Below are positions 15,299 to 17,518 of a stretch of 17,518 bases of DNA, piece by piece. Positions within the stretch are counted from its first letter, which is position 1; each line of letters begins with the position of its first letter. The notes beneath the pieces were generated by a model that saw only the letters and a program-made list of their open reading frames with translations, did not search any database and had not been told where the DNA came from. The position numbers and the translations under genes are program-made. The stretch lies in assembly GCA_039933275.1 (NCBI GenBank), contig JBDTOK010000033.1, positions 1-17,518 of the forward strand, written 5' to 3'. Source of the DNA: Chloroflexota bacterium. GTDB taxonomy: Bacteria; Chloroflexota; Dehalococcoidia; SM23-28-2; RBG-16-64-32.

Positions 15299-16855
15299 TT
15301 ACGGGTTACTAAGCACTTCGCGCTCCGTGTGGTCAGGCATATACGACATCGCCCGGTTGAGGGCGTTCACGAGAGCCTTGGCGCTGGCGACGACGATGTC
15401 AGTGTCCGCGCTGCGGCCGACGAAAGCGCGCCCATCCACGTCCACGCGGACGGTTACTTCGCCCTGCGCGTCGATGCCTTCGGTCACGCTGTTGACCGCG
15501 TACTCGATTAGCTGGTTCGGTACGCCCATCAGCTCGTTGATCGCGCGGTAGGCAGCGTCAACGGGGCCGGTGCCGGTGCTGCTCGTCTGCTTCTCGGCGC
15601 CGTTCGGGCCGATTACGCGCACGGTGGCGGTTGAGATGGCCTGGTTGCCGCAGGACACCTGCAGCAGGTCGAGCTTGTACTTGTCCTCGATCTCCCGGCG
15701 GCCGCCGGAGACGAGCGCATCGAGGTCGCGGTCGTCGATCTCGCCCTTCTTGTCCGCTAAGTCCTTGAAAGCGACGAAGATGTGATCGAGTTCGGCTGTC
15801 GTCACCTCGTAACCCAGGTCGTCGAGGCGCGACTTCAGCCCGTGGCGACCGGAGTTCTTGTTCAGGATGAGCTGCGTGCCGCTTGGCAGTCCGATCGTCG
15901 CCGGATCGATGATCTCGTACGTCTCGCGCATCTTCGTGATGCCGTGCTGATGGATGCCGGACTGGTGGCGGAACGCGTTCACGCCGACGATCGACTTGTT
16001 CGGCTGCACGGCCATGCCGGTCAGCTGCGAGACAAGCCGGCTCGTGCGGTGTATGTGCGTTGTGTCGATATTAGTCGAGACGCCGAAGAAGTCGGGCCGC
16101 GTCTTGATCGACATCACGACTTCCTCTAGCGAGGCGTTTCCCGCGCGCTCGCCGATGCCGTTGACGCACGTCTCGATCTGTCGTGCGCCATTCTGGACCG
16201 CCGTCAGCGAGTTAGCGACCGCCAGGCCCAGGTCGTTATGGCAGTGCACGGAGATGACGGCCTTGTGGATGTTCGTAACGTTGGTCTGGATGTCGCGCAG
16301 GAACCCGCCGAACTCTTCGGGGATCGCGTAGCCGACGGTGTCCGGGATGTTCACCGTGGTCGCACCCGCGTCAATCACTTCCGTCAGCATGCGGTAGACG
16401 TAGTCGGGGACGGAGCGGGTGGCGTCCATCGGCGAGAACTCAACGTCTTCGCAGAGCTTCTTCGCGCGCGCCACCATCTCGCGCGCCATCTCCAGCACGC
16501 GCTCCTTGTCCTTCTCCAGCTGGTGCATGATGTGGATGTCCGAGCTCGAGAGGAAGACGTGGATTCGTGGGCGCGCTGAGTGGCGCACCGCTTCCCAGCA
16601 AGCGTCGACGTCGTTCGGCACGGCGCGCGCCAGTCCAGCGATTACCGAACCCTTCAGCTCTTTGGCGATCGCAGTGACGGACTCGAGGTCGCCGGGCGAT
16701 GACGCCGGGAAACCTGCCTCGATGATATCGACGCGCAGGCGTTCCAACGCGCGGGCAATCTCCAGCTTTTCCGCTACACCAAGTGCGACGCCGGGCGACT
16801 GCTCGCCGTCCCGCAGCGTCGTATCGAAAATCAGTACCTTGTCTTTGTTTTGCAT
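15299..16855 (-). CDS. leuA: 2-isopropylmalate synthase (LeuA), the long bacterial form.
   Basis: 'MQNKDKVLIFDTTLRDGEQSPGVALGVAEKLEIARALERLRVDIIEAGFPASSPGD' is the canonical LeuA N-terminus. It has 'HCHNDLGLAVANSLTAVQNGARQIETCVNGIGERAGNASLEEVVM' (HxH metal site) and a C-terminal LeuA dimerisation/regulatory domain. GGAGG sits upstream of the ATG at 16855. Confidence 0.9.
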   Translation of the reverse strand: MQNKDKVLIFDTTLRDGEQSPGVALGVAEKLEIARALERLRVDIIEAGFPASSPGDLESVTAIAKELKGSVIAGLARAVPNDVDACWEAVRHSARPRIHVFLSSSDIHIMHQLEKDKERVLEMAREMVARAKKLCEDVEFSPMDATRSVPDYVYRMLTEVIDAGATTVNIPDTVGYAIPEEFGGFLRDIQTNVTNIHKAVISVHCHNDLGLAVANSLTAVQNGARQIETCVNGIGERAGNASLEEVVMSIKTRPDFFGVSTNIDTTHIHRTSRLVSQLTGMAVQPNKSIVGVNAFRHQSGIHQHGITKMRETYEIIDPATIGLPSGTQLILNKNSGRHGLKSRLDDLGYEVTTAELDHIFVAFKDLADKKGEIDDRDLDALVSGGRREIEDKYKLDLLQVSCGNQAISTATVRVIGPNGAEKQTSSTGTGPVDAAYRAINELMGVPNQLIEYAVNSVTEGIDAQGEVTVRVDVDGRAFVGRSADTDIVVASAKALVNALNRAMSYMPDHTEREVLSNP

Positions 16856-17009
16856 CTTCTCAACCTCCTGCCCCGATCGGGGCGTTGTTCGGGCGGCCTA
16901 AAGGCGCGCCCCCTACGTGATTGTCGTAGCGCAGGCCCTCCCGATCCCCGATAAGACGAGGATGGAGGGCCGGTTAAGGTTGAGGCGCAAAACGAGATAC
17001 GTCATCGAA
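16856..17009 (-). promoter_or_regulatory. Structured leuA leader containing a candidate 30-codon Leu-rich leader peptide (16913..17005) and several GC-rich hairpins. This may be an attenuator.
   Basis: On the minus strand, the ATG at 17005 begins 'MTYLVLRLNLNRPSILVLSGIGRACATTIT*'. That is 6 Leu in the first 18 codons, using CTC/TTG/CTT/TTA. The peptide overlaps the hairpin GGCCCTCC...GGAGGGCC (16934-16971). It is followed by GCGCTACG...CGTAGGG and by the perfect palindrome GCCCCGATCGGGGC (16871-16884) immediately 5' of the leuA RBS. No SD precedes the peptide ATG. Confidence 0.3.
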
Positions 17010-17518
17010 TTAAAAGGACGGTCGCTGCCCCGAGTCGTTACCGCCGGGCGGCGGGGTTTGTGCCTGTGAAGGCTCCGTGTCTCCCGTCCCGAAGCCCGTA
17101 ACCGGGATCGATGGCCGCATTGCGGGCGGCGTAACTGGAGGCGTCGTCGGCTCCGAGCTAAACGAGCGCCTCTCCTGTGGCTCCGCCGGTTCCTGCGAAC
17201 TGAACGAGCGTCGCTCCTGCGGCTCCTCAGGTGGCTGCGAACTGAACGAGCGTCGCTCTGGCTCCGCGGGTGGCTGCGAACTGAACGAAGGCCGTACGGG
17301 AGCCGGAACAGGTGCCGGGGCCGCGGGCTGACTCGAAGCAGCGGGTGAGGGCGTGGCTGCGGCCTGCTTGCCGGGCTTCAGCCAGGGCATCATGCCCCGC
17401 AGGTCGGCGCCGACCTTCTCGATCATGTGCTCGGCGTTCTGGCGACGCAGAGCCATGAAGCTCGGGCGGCCGGCCTGGTTCTCGAGAATCCACTCGCGGG
17501 CGAAGGCGCCGCTACGGA
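17010..17518 (-). CDS. Partial CDS with its N-terminus outside the window: a Pro/Ser/Glu-rich low-complexity protein with tandem '[14 protein letters not shown]' repeats. It may be the tail of a TatB-like protein; this is weak.
   Basis: The minus-strand frame is open from the window edge (…[50 protein letters not shown]…) down to a stop at 17010-17012. The ORF track reports only the segment starting at the internal Met at 17456. GC3 bias is present. Residue composition resembles the unstructured C-terminal tails of Tat or other membrane-associated proteins. Confidence 0.5.
   Translation of the reverse strand, partial: RSGAFAREWILENQAGRPSFMALRRQNAEHMIEKVGADLRGMMPWLKPGKQAAATPSPAASSQPAAPAPVPAPVRPSFSSQPPAEPERRSFSSQPPEEPQERRSFSSQEPAEPQERRSFSSEPTTPPVTPPAMRPSIPVTGFGTGDTEPSQAQTPPPGGNDSGQRPSF
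17150..17300 (-). repeat. Coding tandem repeat, about 42 nt per unit and about 3.5 copies (…CTGCGAACTGAACGAGCGTCGCTCCTGCGGCTCC…), encoding repeated 'RRSFSSQPP(A/E)EPQE'.
   Basis: Near-identical units start at about 17193, 17235 and 17274, with a more diverged copy at about 17150. One unit differs by a 3-nt indel. Confidence 0.7.

Noticed and set aside
1-17518. CRISPR arrays, tRNA or rRNA genes, IS elements, integrases, phage genes.
   Set aside because: There are no arrays of short direct repeats with spacers. I found no tRNA-like T-arm or acceptor motifs and no transposase or integrase-like ORFs. The only dispersed repeat is the 24-nt pair reported above.

Overview
This is a high-GC (~65-70%) bacterial chromosomal segment with dense, mostly well-supported protein-coding genes. 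I found no tRNA or rRNA genes, no CRISPR array and no transposase or integrase. Every gene call below rests on reading the supplied ORF translations for family-specific motifs; I could not run any database search.

Gene order, left to right:
- larC and larB on the minus strand, translationally coupled. These are nickel-pincer nucleotide cofactor biosynthesis genes.
- A C-terminal remnant of undecaprenyl-diphosphatase (uppP) with no start codon. It marks a rearrangement or insertion breakpoint near position 2300-2350.
- A plus-strand module of three genes: a small unknown cytoplasmic protein, a YqiK/FloT-type flotillin (SPFH/band-7) with an N-terminal transmembrane helix and three tandem 74-aa repeats, and a signal-peptide-bearing protein with four transmembrane helices and no recognisable family. 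A clean intrinsic terminator sits between the flotillin and the membrane protein.
- A minus-strand operon with overlapping stop/start codons: N-acyl-D-amino-acid deacylase, then an MBL-fold hydrolase, then an EthD-family protein.
- recQ on the plus strand, diverging from that operon. It carries an HRDC domain plus a C-terminal HTH extension, and its start codon is ambiguous.
- holA (DNA polymerase III delta subunit).
- A convergent minus-strand pair: a His-rich membrane-anchored protein of unknown family coupled by a GTGA overlap to a class-C-like serine hydrolase.
- A SAM-dependent methyltransferase, then leuA (2-isopropylmalate synthase) with a structured leader that contains a candidate Leu-rich leader peptide.
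- A partial Pro/Ser/Glu-rich protein with a 42-nt coding tandem repeat, running off the right edge of the window.

Three things are worth a second look. First, a 24-nt motif occurs twice at 22 of 24 identity: once inside the recQ coding sequence and once in the recQ-holA intergenic region. Second, the flotillin-centred module sits next to the truncated uppP. Third, a Cheo/LexA-like GAAC-N4-GTTT element lies upstream of recQ.

Many long antisense ORFs in the supplied track are high-GC artefacts and I rejected them.
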